A stretch of DNA of 64,000 bases from the human T2T-CHM13v2.0 reference genome, Homo sapiens. The notes under the pieces were generated by a model. It was not told the origin of the DNA. It did no database searches and saw nothing but the letters and a program-made list of their open reading frames with translations. Positions 1 to 15,970 of this stretch are shown piece after piece; position 1 is the stretch's first letter; each line of letters opens with the position of its first letter. The position numbers were made by a program, and so were the translations under genes. The DNA is taken from NCBI GenBank assembly GCA_009914755.4, contig CP068257.2, forward strand, positions 26,912,001 to 26,976,000. Direction: 5' to 3'.

Positions 1-2026
1 GAATGGAATATGAGAAAATTCTTCAATTACATTTCTTTGCAGCACCTTCTTTCTTTCCCAAAACTATGTGCTTTAGTGACACTGACCTACTTACTCATTC
101 TTCAGTTTGCCATTTTTTCCAAAATGATATAACTTTGCTACTCTAGGCTCTTTCATAGAATGTTCCCAGAGCAGTGCTTTGAAGTAGAGGAAACATGGAG
201 TCATGCAACCATGGATTCAGAGGTCACATCTGCCTCTATCAAACTGTGTAAACTTGAGCCTTTGTTATTTACGACCATTAATTTCAAAACCTGTAAAATG
301 GGGATAAGATATCCAGCCATATGGTGATCATAGGGTTCAAGTAAGGCAATATTCATGAAACACTGACCACAATATCACAAGACAACATGTAGGACAAGTT
401 TAGTAAAGATTAATCTTCCCAGAGCCCCCAATTTACTACTCCGTGACTTCTACTTAGGCTTCACAGTCCGATGCAGTGTCACCTCCTCCATGCAGTCCTT
501 GCCAAAGCCCCCAAGCAAAATTTGGTATCTTTCTCCAAGCTGTCAAAGCATCTTAGTCATATTGTATGGTCTTAGTATGATTACATGTCTATCTACCCCA
601 TGTGGATTTGGACTTTATCAATTTCTTGTGTTTCGTACCTTCATCATGATAGTCTAGGGATTTCTGTTTTGTAACAAAGGCATTCATCAAGATGACATTT
701 ACAAAAATTAGTATGTACTATCTGAGAATGTTGAAATGTGGATTACTCAGTTCTTGGAAGTGTGTTAGCCTGCACTGCAGAGACCATCACTCTCTCTCTC
801 CTCTGGTTCCCGTTTGCCCAGCTATCACCCTTAATTGATTTATGGGGGACCCTGCTCTTCTTTATGACCTTGCCTCTCATGTTCTCTCAAGTTAGTTTCT
901 TTTTGTAAAACTATACCTTTGCTAATGAAATACCACCAATGGACGCTATAAGGTACTCTTGAAACATGTAATACAACACATTATATACTGCCCAAAGGGG
1001 TAGTACTAACTACAAAGGATGAAAAAACTACGACTACTGTAAAAGTTTACTTTTAGGAATGTGTTTTTTCTCCTTATGTTTTAATCTCAAAAAAGGTTTA
1101 CACTCCGATCCCTTTATTTCAATCTACATATTCTTAAACTGCTAAATGTCTAGAAATAATTATAATACAACTAATGTTTACTCAGTATTTACTATGGCAC
1201 AACACCAGAAAAGCTTTTTATGTGTCATCTCATTTTATTGCTATGGCAAACTTACAGGAGAGATATTATCATTATGCCAATTTCACAGATGAGGAAGTTA
1301 AACCATCATTAGACTAATTCTAATTTTAAAAGCCTAGTTTGCACATTATGCACTATTTATACATGGACTTATATATTGACAGAATTAGCTACCTCCTAGG
1401 GTTTATGATATTTTCATTATTTTCTTTTCTAACATTTAGGTACATAAAGAGCCTATGTTAAGATTTTTCTAGCTATAAATAAAGCAGCTTTGTTTATATG
1501 ATTGCCTTCTGTCATTTGACAGGAATGCATATAAATAGGAAACCAAGTAAATACATTTTATTAAAAATAGGAAGCAGACAAAGAAAAAGTCAAAAAGTTC
1601 AGGATGGATGCTTCTTACTGCAGGCACTGAAGGGGAGGAACTGTGGCAGTCAAAGGGTTACACAAGAACTTACAACTTCCTGAGCAGTTGAAATAATCAA
1701 AAAGAAACAGAAGCTATCCTAATAGTAACATTTATTTACTTTTACCAAAGTAGTAGGTGTCTAAGATCTACAGTAAGCTACTGATTTTTGCATTTACTCT
1801 ACTGATTTCCTTGTAATAAACAGAAAACTGATCAAAGGCAGCCTTCTCAAATTACTTATATTTATTACAAGATTATTCTACCATAACAAACAAATCTCCA
1901 AAATAGAAAAATTTGATTTTTGTGGACCAAATGTTGTTATTTATACACATTCATTCTCCTCGACAGGCATATTCCTTTAGGTTACAGGTAAAAGCCCTTA
2001 GGTGAGTGCCTATCATGGTCCATTAA

Positions 2027-2750
2027 TGTCTTAGGCCATTTGGGCTGCTATAACAAAGTACCATAAACTAAGTGGCTTATAAACAACATAAATTTATTTC
2101 TCAAAGTTCTGGAGGCTATGAAACATAAAGCCTTCTGTTGCCAGCAGATTCAGTGTTTGATGAAGGCTGAATTTCTGGCTCATACACAGTAATATGGTTT
2201 GGTTCTCTGTCCCCCCAAAATCTCATCTCAAATTGTAATCCTATGCCAAGGAAGGGACCTGGTGGGAAGTGATTGGATCATAGGGGCAGTTTCCCCACGC
2301 TGTTCTCATGATTGTGAGTTCTCACAAGATCTGATTGTTTAAAAGTATTTAGCAGCTCCTCTATCACTCACTCTCTCTCCTGCTGCCTTGTGAAGAAGGT
2401 GCCGGCTTCCCCTTCACCTTCTGCCATGATTGTAAGTTTCCTGAGGCTTCCCCAGCCATGCGGAAATGTGAGTCAAACCTCTTTTGTTTATAAATTACCC
2501 AGTCTCAGGTAGTTCTTTATAGCAATGTGAAAATAGACTAACACACACAGCATCTTCTTACTGTGTCTTCACCTGGTTAAAAGGGTGAGGGGTCTGTCTC
2601 AGACCTCTTTTATAAGGGCATTGATCCCATTCATAAAAGCTATGTACCCATGACCTAATCACCTCCCACAGCGCCCCCCCTCCTCCCAGTCCTAATATCA
2701 TCACCTTGGGGATTAGGATTTCAACATATAAATTTGGGGGAACAAACATT
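2027..2750 (-). mobile_element. MLT1-family (ERVL-MaLR) solo LTR, antisense, split into two pieces (2027-2189 and 2546-2750) by a nested THE1 LTR
   Basis: Left piece tgtcttag..gctgctataacaaagtaccata..ttatttctcaaagttctggaggct is the reverse complement of the MLT1 3' end. Right piece ..cttttataagggcattgatcccattcataaaagc..gggattaggatttcaacatataaatttggggg is the reverse complement of the MLT1 5' end tgtgtccccacccaaattcatatgttgaa..ctcatgaatgggattagtgcccttataa. Confidence 0.6.
2190..2545 (+). mobile_element. THE1-type MaLR solo LTR (~356 bp) inserted into the MLT1 LTR
   Basis: Begins tAATATGGTTTGGTTCTCTGTCCCCCCAAAATCTCATCTCAAATTGTAATCC like the THE1 start TGATATGGTTTGGCTGTGTCCCCACCCAAATCTCATCTTGAATTGTAGCTCC. 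Contains GTTCTCATGATTGTGAGTTCTCACAAGATCTGAT and ends ..GTTTATAAATTACCCAGTCTCAGGTAG..GACTAACACA. Flanked by the 5 bp direct repeat CACAG. Confidence 0.75.
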
Positions 2751-3519
2751 GAGACCACAGCAGATAGCAGTGTCTTGGGGGGATAATGACTTGGGGCCCT
2801 TTTTACCATATATCAAATGGATGCTTTCTCCCTGGTAGCTTCCTAGGCCATTGCTCTAGATTGAATCCAATAAGAAATCTCTCATGAGAGCAAATTCCAA
2901 AAAGCAGACCTTCCGGAAGGAGGACAGAAGAGAGAGAGCATACCTGTGCATGTTTCAGTGGGAGCAATTGCCATGGAGTGTAAGAAAAAAGAGATCTTAT
3001 ACCCCTGTATTCTGATTAGTTCCTCCAGGAATTTTTCTGTTCACATCCTTGATAAGATGGCTTGCACACAAATTATAAAACAACAACATATTGTTTGTAG
3101 ATATGATTAGTGCCTATGTTGGTTCTATTATCCTACCAAAACTAGCCTTTATAGTCATGCAAATAAGGTATCCCTAATATACTGATGTTAATAAATTTAG
3201 TGGTGTTGATTAGTGGTATGGCCAGAAGTGGACTTAGAATCATAATTCATGCATTCAAACACTCGGCAATTTTGCAGTGAAACACTATGTTGCAGTAAAA
3301 GGCATCATTTTTGAGATCAGAGAGTCCTAGACTTAAATACAGCCTTTGATATTTATAAGATACATCAAAATAATTAACCTCTTTGCATCTTATTTTCCAT
3401 CCATTTAAACCAATAATAGTAATATTTTCCCTGAAATACTATTTTGAGAATTAGAGATAAGTGCTACAAAATTCATGATGCTCACATTTGGAACATAATA
3501 AAAAATTATTAAAATTATT

Positions 3520-4570
3520 GTAAAAGAAAAAATACAACAGAGAAAACCAAAACACAAATGGATTTAAATGATTAACAAAAACCGATAAATGACTAAAAAG
3601 ATTCTTTTAAAAAGGAAGGACACATTAATAACCAATTACCAATATCAGAAATAAATGTGACAATATCACTATATATCTTACATACATCCAAAGGCTAATA
3701 AGAAAATATTTTCAGCAAATTTATACCAATAAATTTGATAATTGAAACAAAAATTTTCTTGAAATAACACAATTCCCCAAAAGTGACACAAAAAGAGACA
3801 ATGTGAATAGCATTAAATAAATTGAGGTCATAATCTAAAACTTTTCCACAATGGCACAAGAAAGCTTCAAATCAAGATGGCTTCACTGATGGATTCTATC
3901 AAACATTTACAATCAGTTTTATATAAACTCAGAATATAGGAAATAAGGGACTACTTCCCAAATGATGTTATGAGATCAGCAGGACTCTGATGCCAAAATA
4001 TAATTAGGGCATTATAAGAAAAGAAATTACAGATGAATATCTCTCATGAAAATAAATGTAAATATTCTTATCAAGTATTTAAGTCAGATCAGCAATATAT
4101 AAGAGGCTAATACCTTATGATCAAGTATTCAATATTTTACATTTGTAAATCAGTCAACATAACTGATTAACAGTATAAAAGAGAAAAATCTTATGAACAT
4201 TTCAGTGTATGCAGAAAACATTTTTGACAAAATTTAACATTAATTCAGGATTTTAAAAAATCTCTTAGCAAACTATAACTACAGAGTAACTAAATCAATC
4301 TGACAACAGGCATCTGCAAAGAAACCTACAGCTAACATATTTCTTAATGGTGAAATAGTGAACCCTTTCCCAGATCAAAGATGTCTACTTTCACCACTTC
4401 TATTTAATATCATATGTAGGTCCTGCTGAAGAAATAAGGTTGTTAAAAAGAAGCAAAGTAATAAAGGTTGAAAAGAAGGAAACACAAATGTATTATGAGA
4501 CTATATGATTATATACATAGAAAATCCTAATGAATAGTATTGATATTCAGAATATCCCTAATGTCAAATT
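3520..4570 (+). mobile_element. Ancient L1M (mammalian-wide LINE-1) ORF2 fragment, highly diverged
   Basis: Degenerate matches to the L1 ORF2 RT region, e.g. ..caagatggcttcactgatggattctatcaaacatttac.. (L1: ccagatggattcacagccgaattctaccagag) and ..atgtctactttcaccacttctatttaatatcat.. (L1: ggatgccctctctcaccgctcctattcaacatagt). No intact ORF. Confidence 0.55.
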
Positions 4571-6734
4571 AATTATGTGCCTAGAAGCAAGAATAACATC
4601 CGTTCATTTCCAATGCATTTTACCAATTACCATATTCATCAATAAATTACACATTATATTTGACCATTATGTGTACCTATGAATAGAGGAAGAATATTAA
4701 TTCAGGAATAAAACATATGTTGAGTATTATGTTCCATACCTACCATCACAATTAGTCCCTGCCCTCAAAGAGTTTACAGTCTTGTGAAATCCAAGACTTA
4801 ATATGGGACTTAGATAACATTTACATTTTACAGTTAAATTCACAATTAATATGCATGATGGTTCTATTTTCCATGAGTCACAACTTACCGGTCAGCCTCT
4901 GCTGTTATTGTCACAGGTAAGTCAATTGTCCCCATGGCCATTTACTAGTCAGATGGGATAATAAAAACTAAATCTGAGATGTGACAAGTCTTGGGTAGAG
5001 TACAATGTATGGTCCTCTCTACCTCATGCTATAATCACACTATTGCACTACAGCCTGATACCTTGTCCCTATTAAAAAAATTAAGAAAGATAACTTAGAG
5101 GGTTCTACTTCTTAAACTCTACAGTTTGTTTGCAGGTTTCTAATAAGCTAAGCAAGTTTGAATAATGACATTTGAGCTCTCTGATTTTTCCTTGATGTAA
5201 TTTTCCCATCAATTAAAAAATGATTATGAGAGTGGGCCATAATATGTAGCCAACTGGAGTTTCAGAAAACTTAGCATGTGTTAATGTTTGAGAATCTCAT
5301 TTATTTTTTATTAACCCCTCAAGAACAGAGAAAATCTTATAAATCCTGCCAGAAAATATCAGAAGTTTGGACCATTTTAGATGGTGGTAACTGCCCTAGT
5401 GGCTTTTAATTAGCCATATTGTGCCTACCATTTAGAACGTTTATTTTTGCTCTTGGAAGATTTTCAGAAACAATTAATAAGAGCCAAACCATTTATAGAT
5501 GCACATAACCAAACCAAAATCAGAGTATTCACAAACATGTTAACCCAAGTATGCAGATCAAACAAAACATTAAACTAGGCACACAGAACCAAAGTGCATA
5601 GATGGGGGGACCTCTCCCCAAGCCAAGGGAAGCAGTGAGGGACTGTGCTACCCACCAGGGGTACTACACTTTTTCCACAGATTTTTGCAATCCATGGATC
5701 AGGAGATTCCCTCATGAGCCTACACCACCAGGGCCCTGAGTCTCAAGCACAAAACCAGGCGGCTGCTCAGGCAGGCACTGAGCTGCAGGAGTTTTTACCT
5801 ACTGCAGTGGCACCTGAAACTCCAGCAAGACAAGAGAACCATCCACTCCCATGGAAACGGGGCTGAAGCCAGGGAGCCAAGCAGTCTCGCTCAGTGGGTC
5901 CCACCCCCATGGAGTCCAGCAAGCTAAGAACTACTGGCTTGAAATTCTCACTGCCAGCACAGAAATCTGGAGTCTTCCTGGGATGTCCGAGTTCCCAGGG
6001 GGAGGGGTGACCACAATTACTGTGGCTCTAGTCAGTGGTTTTCCTCTGACAGTGCTAAGGAGACTGGGAGGTTTAGACTGGGTGGAATTCCCCACAGCAC
6101 AGCAAAATGGCTGTGGCCAGACTGCTTCTCTAGATCCTTCATACCTGGAAGGAGGAAGTCCAGCAGCTCCAGGGGCTTACAGACAGAACTCTCATCTCCC
6201 TCGGACAGAGCGCCTGGGGGGAGGTGCTGCCGTGGCCTCAGGTTCAAAGGGCTTAATCTTTTCTGCCTGCCGGCTCTGAAGAGAACGGCTGATTCTGATT
6301 AGGTGGATTCGCCCAGCATAGCACACCAGCTCTGCTAAGGGAGAGACTGCCTCCTCAAGTGGGTCCCTGATCCCATGCCTCCTGACTGGGTGAGACCTCC
6401 CAACAGGGGTGGACAGACACCTCATACAGGAGAGCTCCAGCTGGCATCATGTCTGTGCCCTTCTGGGACAAGCTTCTGCAGAAGAAGCAGGTGGCAATCT
6501 TTGCTATTCTGCAGCTTCCACTGGTGATACCCAGGTGAACAGGATCTGGAGTGAACCCCCAGCAAACCGCAGCAGACTTGCAGAAGAGGGGCCTGTTAGA
6601 AGAAAAACAAACAAACAGAAAGCAACAACAACAACCACATCAACAAAAAAAGACCCCATAAAAACCCCACTTTGGATTTCCGTAACCTCACAGAAATCCA
6701 AAGGTCAACAGCCAGCCTCAAAGATCAAAGGTAG

Positions 6735-7604
6735 ATGAATCCACAAAGATAAGAAAAAAACAGCACAAAAATGCTGAAAATCCCAAAAGCCAGAATGCCT
6801 CTTTTCCTCCAAATCATCACAACACTTCTCCAGCAAGGGCACTAAATAGGGCTGAAGCTGAGATGGATGAACTGACAGAAGTGGCTTCAGAAAGGGGGTA
6901 ATAATAAATTTCACTAAGCTAAAGTATTATGTTCTAACCCAATGTAAGGAAGCTAAGAAACATGATAAAAGATTACAGGAGCTGTTAACTAGAAAAACCA
7001 GTTTCAAGAGGAACATAAATGACTTAATGGAGCTGAAAAACACAGCAGGATAACTTCGTGATGCAAACACAACTATCAATAGCCAAATCAACCAAGTGGA
7101 AGAGAGAATATCAGAGCTTGAAGACAATCTTGCTGAAATAAGGCAGGCAGACAAGATTAGAGAAAAAAGAATGAAAAGTTGTGAACAAAACCTCAAGAAC
7201 TGTGGGGCCATGTTAAAAGACCAAACTTACGACTGATTGGAGTACCTGGAAGAGATGGGGAGAATGGAAAAAAGTTGGAAAACACATTTCAGGACATCAC
7301 TCAGGAGAACTTCCCCAACCTAGCAGAACAGGTCAATATTCAAATTCAGGAAATCCAGAGAACCCCAATAAGATACTCCACAAAAAGGTCTACCACAGCA
7401 GAACTCTCAGTGGAAACCCCACAAGCCAGAAGAGATTGGGGGCCAATATTCAACATTCTTAAAAAAAAGAAGTTCCAACCTAGAATTTCATATCTGACTA
7501 AACTAAGTTTTATAAGCAAAAGAGAAATAAAATCTTTTTCAGACAAGCAAATGCTGAGGGATTTTGCCAGCACCAAGCCTGCCTTGCAAGAGCTCCTGAA
7601 GTAA
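6735..7604 (+). pseudogene. L1 ORF1p remnant (degenerate, interrupted by stops and frameshifts)
   Basis: Six-frame ORF 7275-7604 encodes the typical L1 ORF1p C-terminal region (ENTFQDITQENFPNLAEQVNIQIQEIQRTPIRYS..KREIKSFSDKQMLRDFASTKPALQELLK). The upstream part is only fragmentary. Confidence 0.8.
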
Positions 7605-7728
7605 ACACTAAACATGGATAGAAAAAAACGTTACTAGCCGCTGCAAAACACACTGAAGTAAACAGAGCAATGACACTATGAAACAACTACATTAACAAGT
7701 CTGCAAAATTAACCAGCCAGCATCATGA

Positions 7729-11885
<4,157 letters not shown>

Positions 11886-14148
11886 CAATGAGGACACATG
11901 GACACAGGAAGGGGAACAACACTTTTACTGGGCCTGTCAGAGGAGGGAGGTGGGGAAGAAAGCAATAGGGAAAAGAGCTAATGCATGCTGGGCTTAATAG
12001 GTAGGTGACGGGTTGATAGTTGCAGCAAACCACCATGGCACATGTTTTTCTATGTAACAAACATGCACATCCTGCACATGTACCCTGGAACTTAAAAAAT
12101 ACAAATAAAATACTTATTTTTAAAAAAAGACAGAGTTGCCAGTGGCATTTAAAAAAAAAAAATTCATTCATCTGCTGTCTTCAAGAGATCCACTTCACAT
12201 GTAATGACACACAGGCTCAAAGTAAAGGGTTGCAGAAAGATCTACCATGCAAACGGCAAACAAAAAAGAGCAGGGGATGCTATTTTTATATCGGATGAAG
12301 GAGATTTTCAAACTAACAACAGTAAAAAAGAACAAAGAAGGACATTACATAATGATAAAGGGTTGAATTCAAAAGACTAACCTATCCTAAATATATATGC
12401 GCCCAACACTGGAGCACCTAGATTCATAAAACAAATTCTTGGAGACTTATTAAGAGACACCAATAACCACACAATAATACTGGGAGATTTCAACACCCCA
12501 CTACAATTTTAGACAGATCACCAAGGCAGAATACTAACAAAGATATTCAGGACCTAAACTTGACACTTGACCAAATGCATCTAATGACATCTACAAAACA
12601 CTCCACCCAACAAAAACAGAATATATATTCTTCTCATGTGCAAATGGCACATACTCTAAAATTGACCACATGCTCGGCCATAAATCAAGTCTCAAAAAAG
12701 TCAAAAAACTTTCAAAATCATACGAACCACACTCTTGAACCACAGGACAATAAAAATAGAAACCAATACCAAAAAAGCTCTCTCAGAACCATGCAGTTAT
12801 ATGGAAATTAAACAATATACTCCTGAATGACTTTTGGGTAAATAGTGAAATTATGACAGAAATCAAGAACTAATGAAACTGATGAAAACAAGATACAACA
12901 TACCAGAATCTCTGAGACACCGCTAAAGTAGTGATAAGAGGAAGTTTAGAGTGCTAAATGCCCACATCAAAAAATTGAAAAGATCTTAAATTAGCAACCT
13001 AACATGACACATAGAGGAAACAGAATAAAAAGAGCAAACCAATTCCAAAGCTAGCAGAATAAAAGATATAATCAAAATCAGAGCTGAACTGAATGAAATG
13101 AAGATGAGAAAAAACATGATATTCCAAAGATCAGAATGAAACCAAAAGTTAATTTTTTAAAGAATAAATAAGATTTATAGACTTATAACTAGACTAATAA
13201 AGAAAAAAGGGAGAAGATCCAAATAAACACAATCAGAAATGACAAAGGGAGCATTACCATTGATCCCACAAAAATACAAAAAAAAAAAAAACCCTCAGAG
13301 ACCATTAGGAACACTTTTATGCACACAAACTAGAAAACCTAGAAGAAATAGATAAATTCCTGGAAACATACAACCTCTTAAGATAAAACCAGGAAGAAAC
13401 TGAATACCTGAACAGACCAATAACAAATTCTGAAATTGAATCAGTAATAAACAGCCTACCAAGCAAAAAAAAAAAAAAAAAAGCCCCCGGACCAGAACGA
13501 TTCACAGCCAAATTCTACCAGATGTATACAGAAGAACTGGCACCAGTCCTATTGAAATTATAAAATATTGAAAGGGAGAGACTCCTCTCTAACTCATTCT
13601 ATGAGGCCAGAATCATTTTGATACCAAAATCTAGCAGAGACACCACAAAAAAAAAAATTTAGGCCAATGTGCCTAATGAACATAGATGCACAAATCCTCA
13701 ACAAAATGCTAGCAAACCAAATCCAGCAGCACATCAAAAAGCTAATCCACCAACATCAAGTAGGCCTTATTTCTGGGGTGCAAGGTTGGTCCAACATATG
13801 CAAATCAACACATGTTATTCACTACATAAACACAACTGAAAACAAAAAACATATGATCATCTGAAATACATACAGAATAGGCTTTTTCTAAACTTAACAT
13901 CCCTTCATGTTGAAAATTCTGAACAAACTAGGCATGAAGGTACATACCTCAAAATAATAAAAGCTATCTATGACAAATTCACAGCCAACATCATACTGAA
14001 CAGGCAAAAGCTGGAAACGTTCCCCTTGAGAACTGGGACAAGATAAGGATGTCTGCTCTCACCACTCCTATTCAACATAATACTGGAAGTTCTAGCCAGA
14101 GAAGTGAGGCAAGAGAAAGAAATAAAAAGCATGAAAATAGGAAGAGAG

Positions 14149-15970
14149 CTCTCCCTCTCCCTCTCCCTCTCCCTCTCCCCATGGTCCCCCTCTCCCCACG
14201 GTCTCCCTCTCCCTCTCTTTCCACGGTCTCGCTCTGATGCCGAGCCAAAGCTGGACTGTACTGCTGCCATCTCGGCTCACTGCAACCTCCCTGCCTGATT
14301 CTCCTGCCTCAGCCTGCCAAGTGCCTGCGATTACAGGCGCGCGCCGCCACGCCCGACTGGTTTTCGTACTTTTTTGGTGGAGACGGGGTTTCGCTGTGTT
14401 GGCCGGGCTGGTCTCCAGCTCCTAACCGCAAGTGATCTGCCAGCCTCGGCCTCCCAAGGTGCCGGGTTTGCAGACGGAGTCTGGTTCACTCAGTGCTCAA
14501 TGATGCCCAGGCTGGAGTGCAGTGGCGTGATCGTGGCTCGCTACAACCTCCACCTCCCAGCCACCTGCCTTGGCCTCCCAAAGTGCCGAGATTGCAGCCT
14601 CTGCCCGGCCGCCACCCCGTCTGGGAAGTGAGGAGCGTCTCTGCCCAGCCGCCCATCGTCTGGGACGTGAGGAGCCGCTCTGCCTGGCTGCCCAGTCTGG
14701 AAAGTGAGGAGCGTCTCTGCCCGGCCGCCATCCCATCTAGGAAGTGAGGAGCGCCTCTTCCCAGCCGCCATCCCATCTAGGAAGTGAGGAGCGCCTCTTC
14801 CCAGCCGCCATCCCATCTAGGAAGTGAGGAGCGTCTCTGCCCGGCCGCCCATCGTCTGAGATGTGGGGAGCACCTCTGCCCCGCCGCCCCGTCTGGGATG
14901 TGAGGAGCGCCTCTGCCCGGCCGCGACCCCGTCTGGGAGGTGAGGAGCATCTCTGCCCGGCCGCCCCATCTGAGAAGTGAGGAGACCCTCCACCTGGCAA
15001 CTGCCCCGTCTGAGAAGTGAGGAGCCCCTCCGCCCGGCAGCCACCCCGTCTGGGAAGTGAGGAGCATCTCTGCCCGGCAGCCACCCCATCCAGGAGGGAG
15101 GTGGGGGTCAGCCCCCGCCAGGCCAGCTGCCCCGTCCGGGAGGGAGGTGGGGGGGTCAGCCCCCCGCCCAGCCAGCTGCCCCGTCCGGGAGGTGAGGGGC
15201 ACCTCTGCCCAGCCGCCCCTACTGGGATGTGAGGAGCCCCTCTGCCCGGCCACCACCCCCTCTGGGAGGTGTACCCAACAGCTCATTGAGAACCGGCCGG
15301 GATGACAATGGCGGTTTTGTGGAATAGAAAGGGGGGAAAGGTGGGGAAAAGATTGAGAAATCGGATGGTTGCCGTGTCTGTGTAGAAAGAAGTAGACATA
15401 GGAGACTTTTCATTTTGTTCTGTACTAAGAAAAATTCTTCTGCCTTGGGATCCTGCTAATCGGTGACCTTACCCCCAACCCTGTGCTCTCTGAAACATGT
15501 GCTGTGTCCACTCAGAGTTGAATGGATTAAGGGCGGTGCAAGATGTGCTTTGTTAAACAGATGTTTGAAGGCAGCATGCTCGTTAAGAATCATCACCACT
15601 CCCTAATCTCAAGTACCCAGGGACACAAACACTGCTGAAGGCCGCAGGGTCCTCTGCCTAGGAAAACCAGAGACCTTTGTTCACTTGTTTATCTGCTGAC
15701 CTTCCCTCCACTATTGTCCTATGACCCTGCCAAATCCCCCTCTGCGAGAAACACCCAAGAATGATCAATAAAAAATAAATAAAAATTAAAAAAAAGAGAG
15801 AGAGAGATTAAAAGTCAAAAAATAAAAAAAAAATAAAAAACATAAAAAGAAATAAAAAAGGAGGATGTAAGAATAATTTAAGGTATATTATGCAAGTATC
15901 CACAAAATGAATTTTAATAGAAAATAAATTTAAATTCTGGGTACCCATGCCTAATATTTCCAAAAAAAAA
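14149..15970 (+). mobile_element. SVA retrotransposon (hominid-specific) with candidate 3' transduction: (CCCTCT)n, Alu-like region, VNTR, SINE-R, A-tail, extra ~100 bp, A9
   Basis: CTCTCCCTCTCCCTCTCCCTCTCC at 14149. Antisense Alu-like segment 14215-14590. GC-rich VNTR units (..CCGTCTGGGAAGTGAGGAGCGTCTCTGCCCGGCCGCC..) 14590-15285. SINE-R 15285-15775 ending ..CACCCAAGAATGATCAATAAAAAATAAATAAAAA. Flanked by the 15 bp direct repeat GAAAATAGGAAGAGA at 14133-14147 and 15971-15985. Confidence 0.9.
14590..15285 (+). repeat. SVA internal VNTR (GC-rich ~35-40 bp units), part of the SVA
   Basis: Visible tandem variants of CCCATCTAGGAAGTGAGGAGCGCCTCTTCCCAGCCGCCAT. They generate many overlapping spurious ORFs on both strands. 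Confidence 0.8.

Noticed and set aside
5851-6279. 142 aa plus-strand ORF (METGLKPGSQAVSLSGSHPHGVQQ..)
   Set aside because: Falls in the L1 5'UTR of copy 1. GC-rich UTR sequence commonly yields such frames. No homolog recognised.
14230-15300. CpG-dense, GC-rich block that a naive scan would call a CpG island or promoter
   Set aside because: It is the Alu-like + VNTR body of the SVA. These are CpG-rich by composition and normally methylated, not a gene promoter.
14486-15413. Cluster of overlapping 80-170 aa ORFs on both strands with repetitive Gly/Pro/Arg-rich peptides (..GRGAPHFLDGMAAGQRRSS..)
   Set aside because: They lie entirely in the SVA VNTR/Alu-like region. Reading frames are maintained only because of the GC-rich tandem units, with no start context or codon-usage signal.
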